64,000 bases of DNA from an uncultured Bacilli bacterium. Lineage in GTDB: Bacteria; Bacillota_I; Bacilli_A; RF39; UBA660. The position numbers were made by a program, and so were the translations under genes. Location: positions 323,188 through 387,187 of the forward strand of contig CAJUTK010000002.1 of assembly GCA_910589375.1 (NCBI GenBank). Direction: 5' to 3'. This document shows, piece after piece, positions 28,874-39,780 of this stretch. Numbering within the stretch: position 1 is the first letter of the stretch; each line of letters begins with the position of its first letter. A model generated the notes under the pieces. It saw only the letters and a program-made list of their open reading frames with translations, did not search any database and was not told where the DNA came from.

Positions 28874-30112
28874 ATGAGTATAAAAGAATTTGCTGATTTA
28901 TTTGATAATCCTTGTTCATTAGAAGACTTATTGTCACACAAAGAGGAATTATTAGAATGCGATTTTATAGATGAGGATATTTTAAAAGGGTTATTGGATG
29001 CTATACAAAAAGAGAACAGTCCTTTTGTTGATAGAAGAGTCGCTATTAAAGCTATTATTACTTCTATTTGTACAACAGGAGAATTTGGCTATTTTACTAG
29101 GAGTGTATTTAGAGAATTACTAGAAAAAGATGGTTGTTCAAAAGAAGCTATTACCAAAATCTTAATGCAGGCAAATGAGCAAGCAGGCATGGTAAGACAA
29201 AGAAACAGAGAAAAAAGATTAGCAGAAAAGAAAAAGAAAGAAGACGCTTTAAAAAAATTAGAAGCAGGTATTGATATGTCAAAAACGGCAGTCAGTTATG
29301 ATACTGCTAGATTTTTAATAAGAAATGGAATGACTTATGAAGAATTGGAAAAAAGTATTTCTGTTTCTATTAGTAGTCAAGAAGATATAGATCCAATTTT
29401 ATATAAGTATCGAATAGGAACTGACGGGGAAAAAGAAAACGTAAGTATAGCAGATGTAGTAGGATATGATTATAGTTATATGCGATGTGGTAATGATTTA
29501 TTAAAAGCATTTCCGAATTTCTTTGATTCTACTAAAAGGGATGGTTATCATACGAGATCTCTTTCTATGTTAGATTTAACAACAGAAAATGGAGTAAGGG
29601 CATTAACTCCTAGTTTCAAGGAAGAACCCATGAAACTTGCTGATGCTCCTGGTGGTAGATATACAATTAATGGAAATGGAATGCACAGATATTCTGTTTT
29701 ACGAAGTCTTTATTTAATTGAGATGGCAAAGTCAAAAGGGAATAAGGAACAGGAACAAGCCATTCGCGAGAAATATACAGTTCCTGCTTTAGTTTCAAAA
29801 ATAGATTATGTAAAAACGTATTCTAATTTTGTTTTAACTACGTTGAAGATGGCATACTGGGTAGGTAATGAAAGAGATGAACAGAATAATTTAACAGGGA
29901 GAGTAAAAGTTGAAACTACTAATGGTGAAAACTTATTTTTAACGAATGAGGAATTATTAGAGTATGTTAGAAATGTAATCAGTACTCAAATGGATAGTCC
30001 TTCTATGCAGTGGTTATTAGACTTTGATAATCCATCATTCCAACAATTTTTATCTTTAGTAGATCCTAAAAAAGTATATGGTAAGGGGGAAGAAAATGCT
30101 AAAACTGTATAA
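28874..30112 (+). CDS. hypothetical protein with a candidate ParB/sulfiredoxin-like nuclease motif
   Basis: GGRYTINGNGMHRYSVLRSL fits the Y-x-I-DG-x-HR-x-x-A pattern of the ParB/Srx fold; 412 aa. Confidence 0.4.
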   Translation: MSIKEFADLFDNPCSLEDLLSHKEELLECDFIDEDILKGLLDAIQKENSPFVDRRVAIKAIITSICTTGEFGYFTRSVFRELLEKDGCSKEAITKILMQANEQAGMVRQRNREKRLAEKKKKEDALKKLEAGIDMSKTAVSYDTARFLIRNGMTYEELEKSISVSISSQEDIDPILYKYRIGTDGEKENVSIADVVGYDYSYMRCGNDLLKAFPNFFDSTKRDGYHTRSLSMLDLTTENGVRALTPSFKEEPMKLADAPGGRYTINGNGMHRYSVLRSLYLIEMAKSKGNKEQEQAIREKYTVPALVSKIDYVKTYSNFVLTTLKMAYWVGNERDEQNNLTGRVKVETTNGENLFLTNEELLEYVRNVISTQMDSPSMQWLLDFDNPSFQQFLSLVDPKKVYGKGEENAKTV

Positions 30113-30443
30113 AATGTCCGAAGAGGAAAAAATGGAAATGAATATTTCACCATCTGATAATTATTATTCTTTTAGGCAAGGGGACGAATTATTAGGATTT
30201 GCTAAAATTAATGTTTTAAAGGAAATAGATATTTTTATCTTTATATTGGAAGAAAAAAGAGGAAATGGATTTGGTAATGAGCTTTATTCACAAGTTTTAG
30301 AGATGCTAAAAGAGAGAGGAATAAATTCTTTTGCTCTTATGTTTCCTTTAAAAAATGTTATTATGAGAAAAATAGTGGAAGCTTATGGTGCTAAAGAAGA
30401 TTCGCGTAAGGAAAATAAGATAAGGTATCAAGTTTTTATATAG
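30096..30443 (+). CDS. GNAT-family N-acetyltransferase (small)
   Basis: RGNGFGNELY acetyl-CoA binding motif; preferred start at 30096 follows RBS AAGGGGGAAG (the track ORF begins at 30078 and overlaps the upstream gene). Confidence 0.55.
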   Translation: MLKLYKMSEEEKMEMNISPSDNYYSFRQGDELLGFAKINVLKEIDIFIFILEEKRGNGFGNELYSQVLEMLKERGINSFALMFPLKNVIMRKIVEAYGAKEDSRKENKIRYQVFI

Positions 30444-30516
30444 TATTGAAAAGAAATTATTTTTTTGTTTCTTTTTTTATGTTATAATACAAGAGTTTTA
30501 AAGAAAGGAATTTTAT

Positions 30517-31506
30517 ATGGAATGTTATGTAAAAATAGATAGAACGTATGATTCTTTAACACCTTTTCATGGATATTGGGGGATTTATAAAAATGTGAGA
30601 ACAGGGCAAAAAGTATCAGTAGAAGAGGGAGAACAGGAAGATTTATTTATAGGAAATAATCTTATCATCACATGGGAAGAATATCAAAGAAGAATGGAAT
30701 ATGAGAAATATGGTATTCATACCGATCAAGTAGAGAAGTATGGTTTAATTGGAAGAAATTATGATAAAATTTTAAAATCCTATGGAAGAAGACTTGAAGA
30801 TGTATTACCTAAAACAGAATTGTTATATGAAAAAGATAAAGGATATTTTGATATTCACTTTTTGGAAATTTTAATGTTAATTTGTCAGCATCGTCAGATA
30901 CCTATTTTTCATACATATGAAAATGAAGGATATCAATATAAAAGAAGTACTTCTTATGATGTTATTGATGAATTGTATAAATTTTATACAGAAGTAAGCC
31001 ATCGATTGTTATTAGCAAGACATTATAAGAATAATGGAATCCAAAGTGAAATAACGAGAAAGAAAGTAGAGGAGTTAATTTATCACTTACTCGCCAATCA
31101 TACAGATACAGCTAGTACTTGTAATAATCTATTGGATATAGATGAGTTTAGAGCTTTATTAGAAGATGAGGAAATAGGTGCTTTAATAAATAAAGTTGTC
31201 ATTCCATGGACTATTAGAATACCATCACCATGGGATCGTGAATCTTTAGTAAATGGATTAGTGAAGCTATCTTATAAAGGAATTTCACCAACAGAATGTG
31301 CTATTATTAATTACGGGGAATTAAATAGTTATTTAAGGCAAAATTCTGGCATTATTCTCCCAGCTCTTTATAGTACTACTATAATGAATATAAGTCGCGA
31401 TTTCCCTGTTTTACTTCCTTTTATATCTCAACAAGAAGGGAAAGATAGTACTATTACTTTTGAAAGTAAAAATAAAGTTTATAGTATTGGTAGTAAAATA
31501 TTTTAA
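30517..31506 (+). CDS. hypothetical protein
   Basis: 329-aa ORF with RBS AAAGGAA. Confidence 0.45.
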   Translation: MECYVKIDRTYDSLTPFHGYWGIYKNVRTGQKVSVEEGEQEDLFIGNNLIITWEEYQRRMEYEKYGIHTDQVEKYGLIGRNYDKILKSYGRRLEDVLPKTELLYEKDKGYFDIHFLEILMLICQHRQIPIFHTYENEGYQYKRSTSYDVIDELYKFYTEVSHRLLLARHYKNNGIQSEITRKKVEELIYHLLANHTDTASTCNNLLDIDEFRALLEDEEIGALINKVVIPWTIRIPSPWDRESLVNGLVKLSYKGISPTECAIINYGELNSYLRQNSGIILPALYSTTIMNISRDFPVLLPFISQQEGKDSTITFESKNKVYSIGSKIF

Positions 31507-31515
31507 TAAAAAACT

Positions 31516-32223
31516 ATGAAGAATAATCATACAATATTAATTCAGGGTGCTTTAGAAGAAGAATTAGAACAATTTCTTTCTGCTTTATTAAATAGAGAAG
31601 AAAAAATAATTGCAGGTTATGAATTTTATATAGGAAAAATTAGTGATCAAAATATAATTCTTTCTAAAACACTAGTTGGAACTTTAAATTCTACTATAGC
31701 TACTACACTTGGTATATTAAATTTTCACCCAGATACAGTAATTAATCAAGGAATAGCAGGATCGCATAGCTTAGAGTTACATGTGGGAGATATTATAATA
31801 GGGGAATCCTGTGTAAATATCAACGCTTATAAGATGCCTTTGACTAAACGAGGAGAAGGATCAAATCCCTTTGAATGGGAATTGAATAAAAGGGCAAGAG
31901 ATGTACAATTTGCTGACAAGAATTTAATAGACAAAATAGAAAAAAATTTAAGTTCTCAAGAAAAGAAAGTATATAGAGGAATCTTTGGAAGTGGAGACGT
32001 ATTTAATAGGGAATATGATAGAATTAGTTGGATTCAGAATACCTTTCATAATCTAAGTGAAGATATGGAAAGTATTGGCTGCTATACGGTATGTAATAGA
32101 TTTTCTATTCCTTGCATTGGTATTAGAATTATTTCCAATAATGAGTTATTACAGGAGAAAATGGATAAATCAGTAGCAAGTGACTTGCAAAAAGCTTTAT
32201 TATCTGTAATAGATAAAATATAA
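31516..32223 (+). CDS. mtnN: 5'-methylthioadenosine/S-adenosylhomocysteine nucleosidase family (PNP_UDP_1)
   Basis: ILIQGALEEE...INQGIAGS...FGSGDVF motifs. Confidence 0.75.
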   Translation: MKNNHTILIQGALEEELEQFLSALLNREEKIIAGYEFYIGKISDQNIILSKTLVGTLNSTIATTLGILNFHPDTVINQGIAGSHSLELHVGDIIIGESCVNINAYKMPLTKRGEGSNPFEWELNKRARDVQFADKNLIDKIEKNLSSQEKKVYRGIFGSGDVFNREYDRISWIQNTFHNLSEDMESIGCYTVCNRFSIPCIGIRIISNNELLQEKMDKSVASDLQKALLSVIDKI

Positions 32224-32237
32224 TTATTAAAAAAATA

Positions 32238-32268
32238 GAAAAGAGACTTTTCAAAGTCTCTTTTTTTA
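32238..32268. terminator. bidirectional terminator between convergent mtnN and glmS
   Basis: GAGACTTT-tc-AAAGTCTC flanked by an A-run and a T-run. Confidence 0.7.
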
Positions 32269-34065
32269 TTCAACAGTTACAGATTTTGCTAAATTTCTAG
32301 GCTTATCAATATCGCAGCCTCTTAGCTTAGCAATTTCATAGGCAATAAGTTGTAATGGAATAATGGTAAGAAGGGCTTGCCATAATGGATGGACTGTTGG
32401 TATTAGGATAAGCTCTGCTACATCAGAAATTACCTCTGTACTAATAGCAATAATAGAAGCGCCTCTTGCTGAAGTTTCTTTTAAATTACTAATTGTTTTT
32501 TCTTTCATAGTAGAGTCTGTAATAATACCAATAACTGGAGTATTTTTTTCAACTAGAGAAATAGTACCATGTTTTAGTTCTCCTGCAGGATAAGAAACAC
32601 TGTTAATATAAGAAATTTCCTTTAACTTTAAAGCACCTTCCATACTAATAGCATAGTCTAATTTTCTTCCCAAATAGAAGATGTCTTCTCTTTGATAGAT
32701 ATTAGTTGCGATTTTTCTATATTGATCATTTAAAATTAGCTTTTCTATCATATTAGGAAGCTCTACTAATTGTCCATTAATGGTAGAAAGTTCTTGGACT
32801 TCTATTTTATTGTGAATAATAGCTAGTTTCAAAGTGAGTAAACTTAGTAGGGCAAGCTGTGCAGAATAGGCTTTTGTTGTAGCAACTGCAATTTCACATC
32901 CGGCTTTAATATAAAGAACATTATCTGCTTCTCTTGCGATACTAGAGCCAATAACATTTACGATTGCTAAAGTGTCAATATGGTCTTTTTTAGCTTTTCT
33001 TAGGGAAGCTAGTGTATCAGCAGTTTCTCCTGATTGGGAGATAACTATAACGAGTGTAGATTCATCATAAAATACTTTTTTATAACGATATTCACTAGCA
33101 ATTTCACAAGTTACAGGTAATTCTACGATTTCTTCTATCAATGTCTTGGTAACTAATCCAGTGTGGTAGGCAGAACCACAGGCAACAATATGAATGTTAT
33201 TATATTTGTCTAGGTTTGGTAAATTTTTATCTAGTGATTCCTTTGTTCCATCATAATAATATTGTATAGTATCCATAATTACTTTTGGTTGTTCGTGAAT
33301 TTCTTTTAGCATGTAGTGTTCATATCCTTCTTTGCGTGAAGATTCAACGTTTCCTTCAAAGATAAGTTTTTCTTTCTCAAAATATCCTTTCTTTGGATGA
33401 TAGAAAGATAAGCTATTTTCTTTTAATATGGCTATATCAAAATCATCTAATAAATAGTATTCATTTGTGTATGATAAGATGGCTGGAACATCAGAGGCAA
33501 TAAACTTATTTTCACCTTTCTCAGCTACAATTAAAGGACTTTTATTTCTCATAGCATAAAGAGTGTTTAAATCATCGCTACATAGGATTCCTAATGCATA
33601 GCTACCTTTTAATTTTTGTTCAGCGATAGATAATGTTTTTAAAATATCTAGTTCCTCTTGATAGATAGCATCTAGCATAGCGCAAGCTACTTCTGTATCT
33701 GTATCTGACTTAAAAATGTATCCTTTTTCTTCTAACTCTTTTTTTAATTCTGCATAGTTCTCAATGATCCCATTATGGACAATTGTGAACTTTCCACATT
33801 GATGAGGGTGAGAGTTTTTTTCGTTAGGTTCTCCGTGGGTAGCCCATCTAGTATGACCAATTCCCATAAAAATAGGTAGGTCAAAATCTAGAGTCTTTTT
33901 TAAGGTCGCTATTCTTCCTTCCTTTTTTTTGATAGTAATTTGATTTTTTTCAACATAAGCAATTCCTGCAGAATCATATCCTCTATATTCTAATGCTTCT
34001 AATCCATCAATAATGGTTTTAATTGCATTTGGTTTTGTACCAATGTATCCTACGATACCACACAT
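32266..34065 (-). CDS. glmS: glutamine--fructose-6-phosphate aminotransferase (isomerising)
   Basis: N-terminal MCGIVGYIG nucleophile, two SIS domains, C-terminal ...KSVTVE. Confidence 0.95.
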   Translation of the reverse strand: MCGIVGYIGTKPNAIKTIIDGLEALEYRGYDSAGIAYVEKNQITIKKKEGRIATLKKTLDFDLPIFMGIGHTRWATHGEPNEKNSHPHQCGKFTIVHNGIIENYAELKKELEEKGYIFKSDTDTEVACAMLDAIYQEELDILKTLSIAEQKLKGSYALGILCSDDLNTLYAMRNKSPLIVAEKGENKFIASDVPAILSYTNEYYLLDDFDIAILKENSLSFYHPKKGYFEKEKLIFEGNVESSRKEGYEHYMLKEIHEQPKVIMDTIQYYYDGTKESLDKNLPNLDKYNNIHIVACGSAYHTGLVTKTLIEEIVELPVTCEIASEYRYKKVFYDESTLVIVISQSGETADTLASLRKAKKDHIDTLAIVNVIGSSIAREADNVLYIKAGCEIAVATTKAYSAQLALLSLLTLKLAIIHNKIEVQELSTINGQLVELPNMIEKLILNDQYRKIATNIYQREDIFYLGRKLDYAISMEGALKLKEISYINSVSYPAGELKHGTISLVEKNTPVIGIITDSTMKEKTISNLKETSARGASIIAISTEVISDVAELILIPTVHPLWQALLTIIPLQLIAYEIAKLRGCDIDKPRNLAKSVTVE

Positions 34066-34171
34066 ATTATCAACTTCCTTCTATATTTAATTTTATTATA
34101 TACTTTTAAAAATAGAAAGTAAAGAAAAGGAAATTGGAAAGAAATCGATAATAATAGGATAGGAGGTAATT

Positions 34172-34813
34172 ATGAATAAGAAACAAAAAATAACGATTGT
34201 TATAGTGTCTGTCTTATTTTTGTGCTATTTTTCCTATTCCTTTTTCTTTGAGAGGGAGGGAAAAGTAGAAGCAAAAGATCAAGATATAGTAGTTAATGAT
34301 AATATTCCAGATAAAGAAGTTAAGTCCATTTATAAAGTAGATATTAAAGGGCAAGTGGAAAAGCCTGGTGTTTATGAAGTAAATGAGAATGCTAGAGTCA
34401 TTGACGTAATAGAAAAGGCAGGTGGGTTAAAGAAAAACGCTAACACAGATTTTTTAAATCTAAGTAAGAAAGTTGTTGATGGAGATGTTATTTGGGTATA
34501 TACGACAAAAGAAATAGAGAAATTACAGAAAGTAAAGACGGTAATAGAATATGTAGAAAAAGACTGCCATTGCCCAGATGTTTCTAATAGTGCTTGCATT
34601 ACAAAGCCTACAACAAACAATCCAGGAAAAATCAATATCAATACAGCCTCTTTAAAAGAACTCATTACTTTAAATGGGATAGGGGATTCAAAGGCAAAAT
34701 TAATTATAGAGTATCGTACAAAAAAGCTATTTACAACTATTGAAGAAATTAAAAATGTTTCGGGTATTGGGGACAGTGCCTATGAAAAAATTAAAGATTT
34801 TATTGTCGTATAA
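34172..34813 (+). CDS. comEA: competence protein ComEA (SLBB plus tandem helix-hairpin-helix DNA-binding domain)
   Basis: N-terminal TM helix; C-terminal ININTASLKELITLNGIGDSKAKLII...VSGIGDSAYEKI. Confidence 0.8.
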   Translation: MNKKQKITIVIVSVLFLCYFSYSFFFEREGKVEAKDQDIVVNDNIPDKEVKSIYKVDIKGQVEKPGVYEVNENARVIDVIEKAGGLKKNANTDFLNLSKKVVDGDVIWVYTTKEIEKLQKVKTVIEYVEKDCHCPDVSNSACITKPTTNNPGKININTASLKELITLNGIGDSKAKLIIEYRTKKLFTTIEEIKNVSGIGDSAYEKIKDFIVV

Positions 34814-36794
34814 TATTATTCTTATTTTTCTAGCTATATTTACACTACTGAGAATTGTTTTTATATTTGGTAGACCATTATGTGAGAATGATAAGTTGGG
34901 GGAGAAAACAATTTCTGGAACAGTAAAAAGTATAGAGGTGACAGAATATAATACAAAAATACTTGTTCAAGATACTTTAATTACAGTAAAAACGAATGAT
35001 TTTAAACTGGGGAATAAAGTTGTCTGTAAGGGAGAAGTAAGTGAAGCTATTAGCCAAAGTAATTTTTATTTGTTTGATTATCAGAAATATTTAGCTAGTA
35101 GAGGCATTTATTATGTGATGAAAGGAGACTGTGAAGTAAAAGGTTTTTCAGTTAACTTTTTTTATCAAATTAAAAATAAAATGATTGAAATTATTAATAA
35201 AAATAAGAGTAGAGCTTATTTAAAAGCCTTCTTATTAGGTGATAATAAAGAAATAAATCAGAGTGTTAAGAAGAGTTATCAATTAAATGGTATTAGTCAT
35301 TTGTTTGCTGTATCAGGAATGCATGTTAGCTTTTTCTTTTTATTATTTGGAAAAATTTTTAAAAAGGAAAGAAGTAAAAATATTATTTTATTTGTATTTC
35401 TTCTTTTTTATTTGTTTTTGACAAATTTTTCTCCCTCTGTTATTCGTGCAAGTATATTTTTTTTCTTTGTTAAAATATTTTCAAGATGGGGATTTTCGAA
35501 TCTCCAAAGTTATGCCATATTTATTATGGTAATGCTTTGGTATAGACCATACTATTTATATCATACTGGCTTTCTATATAGTTTCACTATCAGCTTTTTT
35601 CTTCTTTACTATAGTACTTTTATTAACAGCGAAAAAAACTACTGGAAAGTCCTATTTAAGATTTCCTTTATTGCCATCCTTGCTAGTATCCCTATTCAAG
35701 TAGAAACAAATTTTTCTATCAATTTATTTTCTATTCTATACAATTTAATATTTGTTCCTATTATTTCTCAACTTCTTTTTCCTATGTCTTTTTTAGTTTT
35801 CCTATTGCCGTTTCTAGATTCCTTTTACTGTTTTTTAATTACTCTATTAGAAAATATGTCTTTATTTTTCATGAATATTCCAACTCATATTGTGTTGTGC
35901 CATTTAAATTCGTTATATTATATTTTTTATTATGGTATCATCTTTTTTATGATGCACAAAATAAAAGAAAAAGAATATAAATATATTGTAATACTATTTT
36001 TCTTATTAGGTTTCCATTTTTACTTACCAAGAATGAATTCTAGCGGTATGATTCTTATGATGGATGTTGGGCAGGGAGATAGTACTTTAATAGTTTATCC
36101 TTATCAAAAATTAAAAATATTAGTGGATACAGGCGGAATGTTTTCTAATCGTTCCATTTCTGAAAATACTATTATTCCTTCTATGCACGCTCATGGCGTT
36201 ACAACTCTTGATTACTTAATTTTAAGTCATGGTGATTTCGATCATGTTGGGGAAGCCAGAAATCTCTTAGAGAAAGTAAAAGTAGGAAAAGTATTTTTGA
36301 ATAGTGGGAATGATACAGAAGAGGAAAGAAAGATTATTGCGTATTTAGAAGAAAAAAAGATTCCTTATGAGAAAATTTCTGTTGGAACAATTAGTAGAAA
36401 GGGTATTCCTATTCAATTTTTAAATAGTGTAAAAATTGAAAATGAGAATGAGGATAGTCTTGTATGCTATTTAAAAATAAAAAATTTCTCTATTCTTTTA
36501 ATGGGCGATAGCGGTCATTTTGTAGAAAAAGAATTATTACAAGAATATAATCTTCCAACGGTGGATATATTAAAAGTAGGACATCATGGTTCTAAATACA
36601 GTAGTAGTTTAGAGTTTATATCTAAAATAAGTCCTTCCTTTTGTTTAATTTCTGCAGGACAAAACAATCGCTATGGTCATCCACACAAAGAAGCTTTAGA
36701 AAATTTGCAATTTTGTGACACCTATATAACGAGCATAGATGGCGCTATTAAAATAAAAGTAGGAAAATCTATGCGCGTTACTAAGGTACGCTAA
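34782..36794 (+). CDS. comEC: DNA internalisation competence protein ComEC/Rec2 (competence domain plus metallo-beta-lactamase domain)
   Basis: polytopic membrane region; C-terminal LILSHGDFDHVGEA...VGHHGS; start is uncertain (34740, 34755 or 34782) and overlaps comEA. Confidence 0.8.
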   Translation: MKKLKILLSYNIILIFLAIFTLLRIVFIFGRPLCENDKLGEKTISGTVKSIEVTEYNTKILVQDTLITVKTNDFKLGNKVVCKGEVSEAISQSNFYLFDYQKYLASRGIYYVMKGDCEVKGFSVNFFYQIKNKMIEIINKNKSRAYLKAFLLGDNKEINQSVKKSYQLNGISHLFAVSGMHVSFFFLLFGKIFKKERSKNIILFVFLLFYLFLTNFSPSVIRASIFFFFVKIFSRWGFSNLQSYAIFIMVMLWYRPYYLYHTGFLYSFTISFFLLYYSTFINSEKNYWKVLFKISFIAILASIPIQVETNFSINLFSILYNLIFVPIISQLLFPMSFLVFLLPFLDSFYCFLITLLENMSLFFMNIPTHIVLCHLNSLYYIFYYGIIFFMMHKIKEKEYKYIVILFFLLGFHFYLPRMNSSGMILMMDVGQGDSTLIVYPYQKLKILVDTGGMFSNRSISENTIIPSMHAHGVTTLDYLILSHGDFDHVGEARNLLEKVKVGKVFLNSGNDTEEERKIIAYLEEKKIPYEKISVGTISRKGIPIQFLNSVKIENENEDSLVCYLKIKNFSILLMGDSGHFVEKELLQEYNLPTVDILKVGHHGSKYSSSLEFISKISPSFCLISAGQNNRYGHPHKEALENLQFCDTYITSIDGAIKIKVGKSMRVTKVR

Positions 36795-36817
36795 CGTGTT
36801 TAGCGTTTTATATAGAT

Positions 36818-36848
36818 GGAAAGATTTTATCTTTCCTTTTTTTATTTT
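36818..36848 (+). terminator. rho-independent terminator after comEC
   Basis: GGAAAGAT-ttt-ATCTTTCC followed by a T-run; a second small hairpin (ACGCTAA-cgtgt-TTAGCGT) overlaps the comEC stop codon. Confidence 0.75.
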
Positions 36849-36959
36849 TGTGATATAATACATTGCAATGGGCAAATTTTTAAAAAATTGTCAAAAAAAA
36901 AGGAAAAGAATAAATTTTCTTGTATATTAATAATGTAGGGTTTTTTTAGGAAGTGGTCT

Positions 36960-38717
36960 ATGAAACTTGAAAATAGTACAATTAATGATATACGCAATGG
37001 GGTAGATATAGTAGATGTTATTTCTAGTTATCTTCCACTTACTGCTAAAGGTAAAAATTATTTTGGGGTTTGTCCATTTCATGATGATCATTCTCCTAGT
37101 ATGAGTGTATCAAAAGAAAAACAAATATATACTTGCTTCTCTTGTGGAGCAACTGGGAATGTTTTTAAATTTTTACAAGATTATGAAAACATTAGTTTTA
37201 TGGAAGCTGTTGCAAAATGTGCTGATATAGCCGGCATTCCCATTTCATTAGGTCAATATGAGAAAAAAGATAATAAGTATCAAGAACTATATGATATTTA
37301 TGAAGTAAGCCAGAAATTTTATCAAAATAATATGAATAGTTCTCAGGCAAAAGAAGCTAAGGAATATTTATATCAAAGGCAATTAGATGATACTCTTATT
37401 AAAGAGTTTGGAATAGGACTTTCTTTAAACGAAAGTAACATGCTAACGAAATTATTAAAAAAGAAAAATTATAGTGATAAAGTACTACTTGCAAGTGGAC
37501 TAGTAGGAGAAGAAAACAATAGAGTCGACTTATATGATTTATATAGAAATCGAATCATGTTTCCTCTACACGATTCTTCGGGTAAGTTAGTCGCTTATAA
37601 TGGACGAGCCTATCATGGGGAAGCTACTAATAAATATGTGAATACAAAAGAGACTCCCATTTTTAAGAAGAGAGAAATTCTATATAATTATCATAGGGCT
37701 AAAGAAGTTGCTAGGATTAAAAAGCAGATTATTATTATGGAGGGCCCTATGGATGTTATTCGCGCCTATACAATAGGGGTTACCAATGTTGTAGCGAGTT
37801 TAGGAACTGCCTTTGGAAGTGAACAAGCAATGCTTGTTAGGAAACTTTCTAGTAATGTTGTTCTTTGTTTTGATGGAGACGCAGCAGGTTTAAAAGCTAC
37901 AAAATCAGCAATAGAAGAATTTGCTAAAATTGGAATTCAACCTAGTGTTATTCGCCTAGAAGATGATTCAGACCCAGATGAATATATTAAAAAATATGGA
38001 AAAGACTCATTTTTAGAGAAAGTAAAGAATGCAATGAATCCTATAGAGTTTAAAGAATTCTTGTTGAAAGATAATCTAGATATGAATAACTCTATTGATA
38101 TGGCAAATTATGCAAATGCTATGATAGAAGAAATTAAAAAGATGGATGATGAGGTATTACAGGAAGTAAGTATTACTAAGTTAAGTGAAGAAACTCATCT
38201 GTCATTAGACTTTTTACGCAGTAAGATAGCAAAAGAGCAACAGAAAGTAGTAGCGCAAGAAATTAGTTCAGAGAAAAAGAAGAAACTTACGAAATGTGAG
38301 AGATCTGAACGCAATCTCTTATATTACATGTTGAGATTTCCAAATGCTATCAAAATGTATGATAAAAAGATTACCCATATGCCTACTGATAGATACCGTC
38401 ATTTGGCATTTCAAGTTAGTACATTTTTAAAGCAATATGGGTATATAGATATAGCGGATTTACTTACAGAATTAAGAGAAGATGAGGAAGCTATAGAGAC
38501 GATTGGAGAACTTTCAAGTTTAACATTGCCTGAGGAAATGAAGGTAGAAGAAGTAGACGATTATTTAAAGAATATTAAAGAGTATAATGAGAAATTGCAG
38601 TTAGATAAATATCGAAAAGAACTTTTTAATTCTAATAATTATGATAGAAAACTGGAGCTAGCTCAGAAGTTAGTGGATTATAAAATGAGGAGTGAAGAAG
38701 AGAATGCAAGAGATTAA
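36960..38717 (+). CDS. dnaG: DNA primase
   Basis: zinc-ribbon [13 protein letters not shown]...[14 protein letters not shown] and TOPRIM domain. Confidence 0.9.
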   Translation: MKLENSTINDIRNGVDIVDVISSYLPLTAKGKNYFGVCPFHDDHSPSMSVSKEKQIYTCFSCGATGNVFKFLQDYENISFMEAVAKCADIAGIPISLGQYEKKDNKYQELYDIYEVSQKFYQNNMNSSQAKEAKEYLYQRQLDDTLIKEFGIGLSLNESNMLTKLLKKKNYSDKVLLASGLVGEENNRVDLYDLYRNRIMFPLHDSSGKLVAYNGRAYHGEATNKYVNTKETPIFKKREILYNYHRAKEVARIKKQIIIMEGPMDVIRAYTIGVTNVVASLGTAFGSEQAMLVRKLSSNVVLCFDGDAAGLKATKSAIEEFAKIGIQPSVIRLEDDSDPDEYIKKYGKDSFLEKVKNAMNPIEFKEFLLKDNLDMNNSIDMANYANAMIEEIKKMDDEVLQEVSITKLSEETHLSLDFLRSKIAKEQQKVVAQEISSEKKKKLTKCERSERNLLYYMLRFPNAIKMYDKKITHMPTDRYRHLAFQVSTFLKQYGYIDIADLLTELREDEEAIETIGELSSLTLPEEMKVEEVDDYLKNIKEYNEKLQLDKYRKELFNSNNYDRKLELAQKLVDYKMRSEEENARD

Positions 38718-39780
38718 AAGTTATGAACAGAGAAAAGAAGAATTAGTAAAAAAAGGAAAAGAGCAAGGCTTCATTACCTATGAAGATCTAGCCGCTGCGT
38801 TAAAAGGATTAGACTTAGATGCAGATTGTTTAGATGATTTATATAATGTCTTTAATGAAAATAATATTGCTATTGTTTCTGAAGAGGATGATTCCGAAAG
38901 TGGTGGAGATAAGCTTTTATTAGATGATAGTACATTAACGAAAGATTTAACAATTAATGATCCAGTTAGAATGTATTTAAAAGAGATTGGGCAAATTAAA
39001 TTGTTAACATTAGAGGAAGAAGCTGCTCTTGCCGATAGAATAGTTGCAGGGGATCCAGAAGCTAAAAATATTTTGGCGGAAGCTAATTTACGTCTAGTGG
39101 TAAGTATTGCTAAACGTTATGTTGGAAGAGGTATGCTGTTTTTGGATTTAATTCAAGAGGGTAATATTGGTCTTATGAAAGCAGTTGATAAATTTGACGT
39201 GACTAAGGGATATAAGTTCTCTACTTATGCTACTTGGTGGATTAGACAAGCTATTACTAGAGCAATTGCTGATCAGGCTCGTACGATTCGTGTACCTGTA
39301 CATATGGTAGAAACTATTAATAAGTTAGCCCGTGTACAAAGACAGTTAACATTGGAATTAAATAGGGAACCTAGTGAAGAAGAATTAGCAAAAAAAATGA
39401 ATACGAGTGTAGATAAAATTAGGGAAATTTATAAGATAAGTCAAGACCCAGTTAGCTTAGAGACTCCAATAGGCGAAGAAGACGACTCTCATTTAGGAGA
39501 TTTTATAAAAGATGAGAGAAACTTAAGCCCAGAAGAGTTTGCTACTAATGAGATGTTAAAAGATGAGATTAGTCAGGTTTTGCTTACTCTTACAGAAAGA
39601 GAAGAAAAAGTGGTACGTTTAAGATTTGGTTTAGAAGATGGAAAACCAAGAACATTAGAAGAGGTTGGTCAAATGTTTGGTGTTACTAGGGAAAGAATTA
39701 GACAAATAGAAGCAAAAGCTTTAAGAAAGCTTCGTCACCCATCAAGAAGTCGTAAACTACGTGATTATATGGCAGAATAA
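38704..39780 (+). CDS. sigA: RNA polymerase primary sigma factor
   Basis: regions 2-4 ([27 protein letters not shown], region 4.2 helix-turn-helix); preferred start at 38704 (the track gives a GTG at 38692). Confidence 0.9.
   Translation: MQEIKSYEQRKEELVKKGKEQGFITYEDLAAALKGLDLDADCLDDLYNVFNENNIAIVSEEDDSESGGDKLLLDDSTLTKDLTINDPVRMYLKEIGQIKLLTLEEEAALADRIVAGDPEAKNILAEANLRLVVSIAKRYVGRGMLFLDLIQEGNIGLMKAVDKFDVTKGYKFSTYATWWIRQAITRAIADQARTIRVPVHMVETINKLARVQRQLTLELNREPSEEELAKKMNTSVDKIREIYKISQDPVSLETPIGEEDDSHLGDFIKDERNLSPEEFATNEMLKDEISQVLLTLTEREEKVVRLRFGLEDGKPRTLEEVGQMFGVTRERIRQIEAKALRKLRHPSRSRKLRDYMAE

Noticed and set aside
34066-34171. Looked for a glmS ribozyme upstream of glmS (minus strand)
   Set aside because: Only about 105 nt separate the glmS start from the divergent comEA start. 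The stretch contains just an RBS and AT-rich promoter-like sequence, with no ribozyme core. It is too short and lacks the conserved elements.
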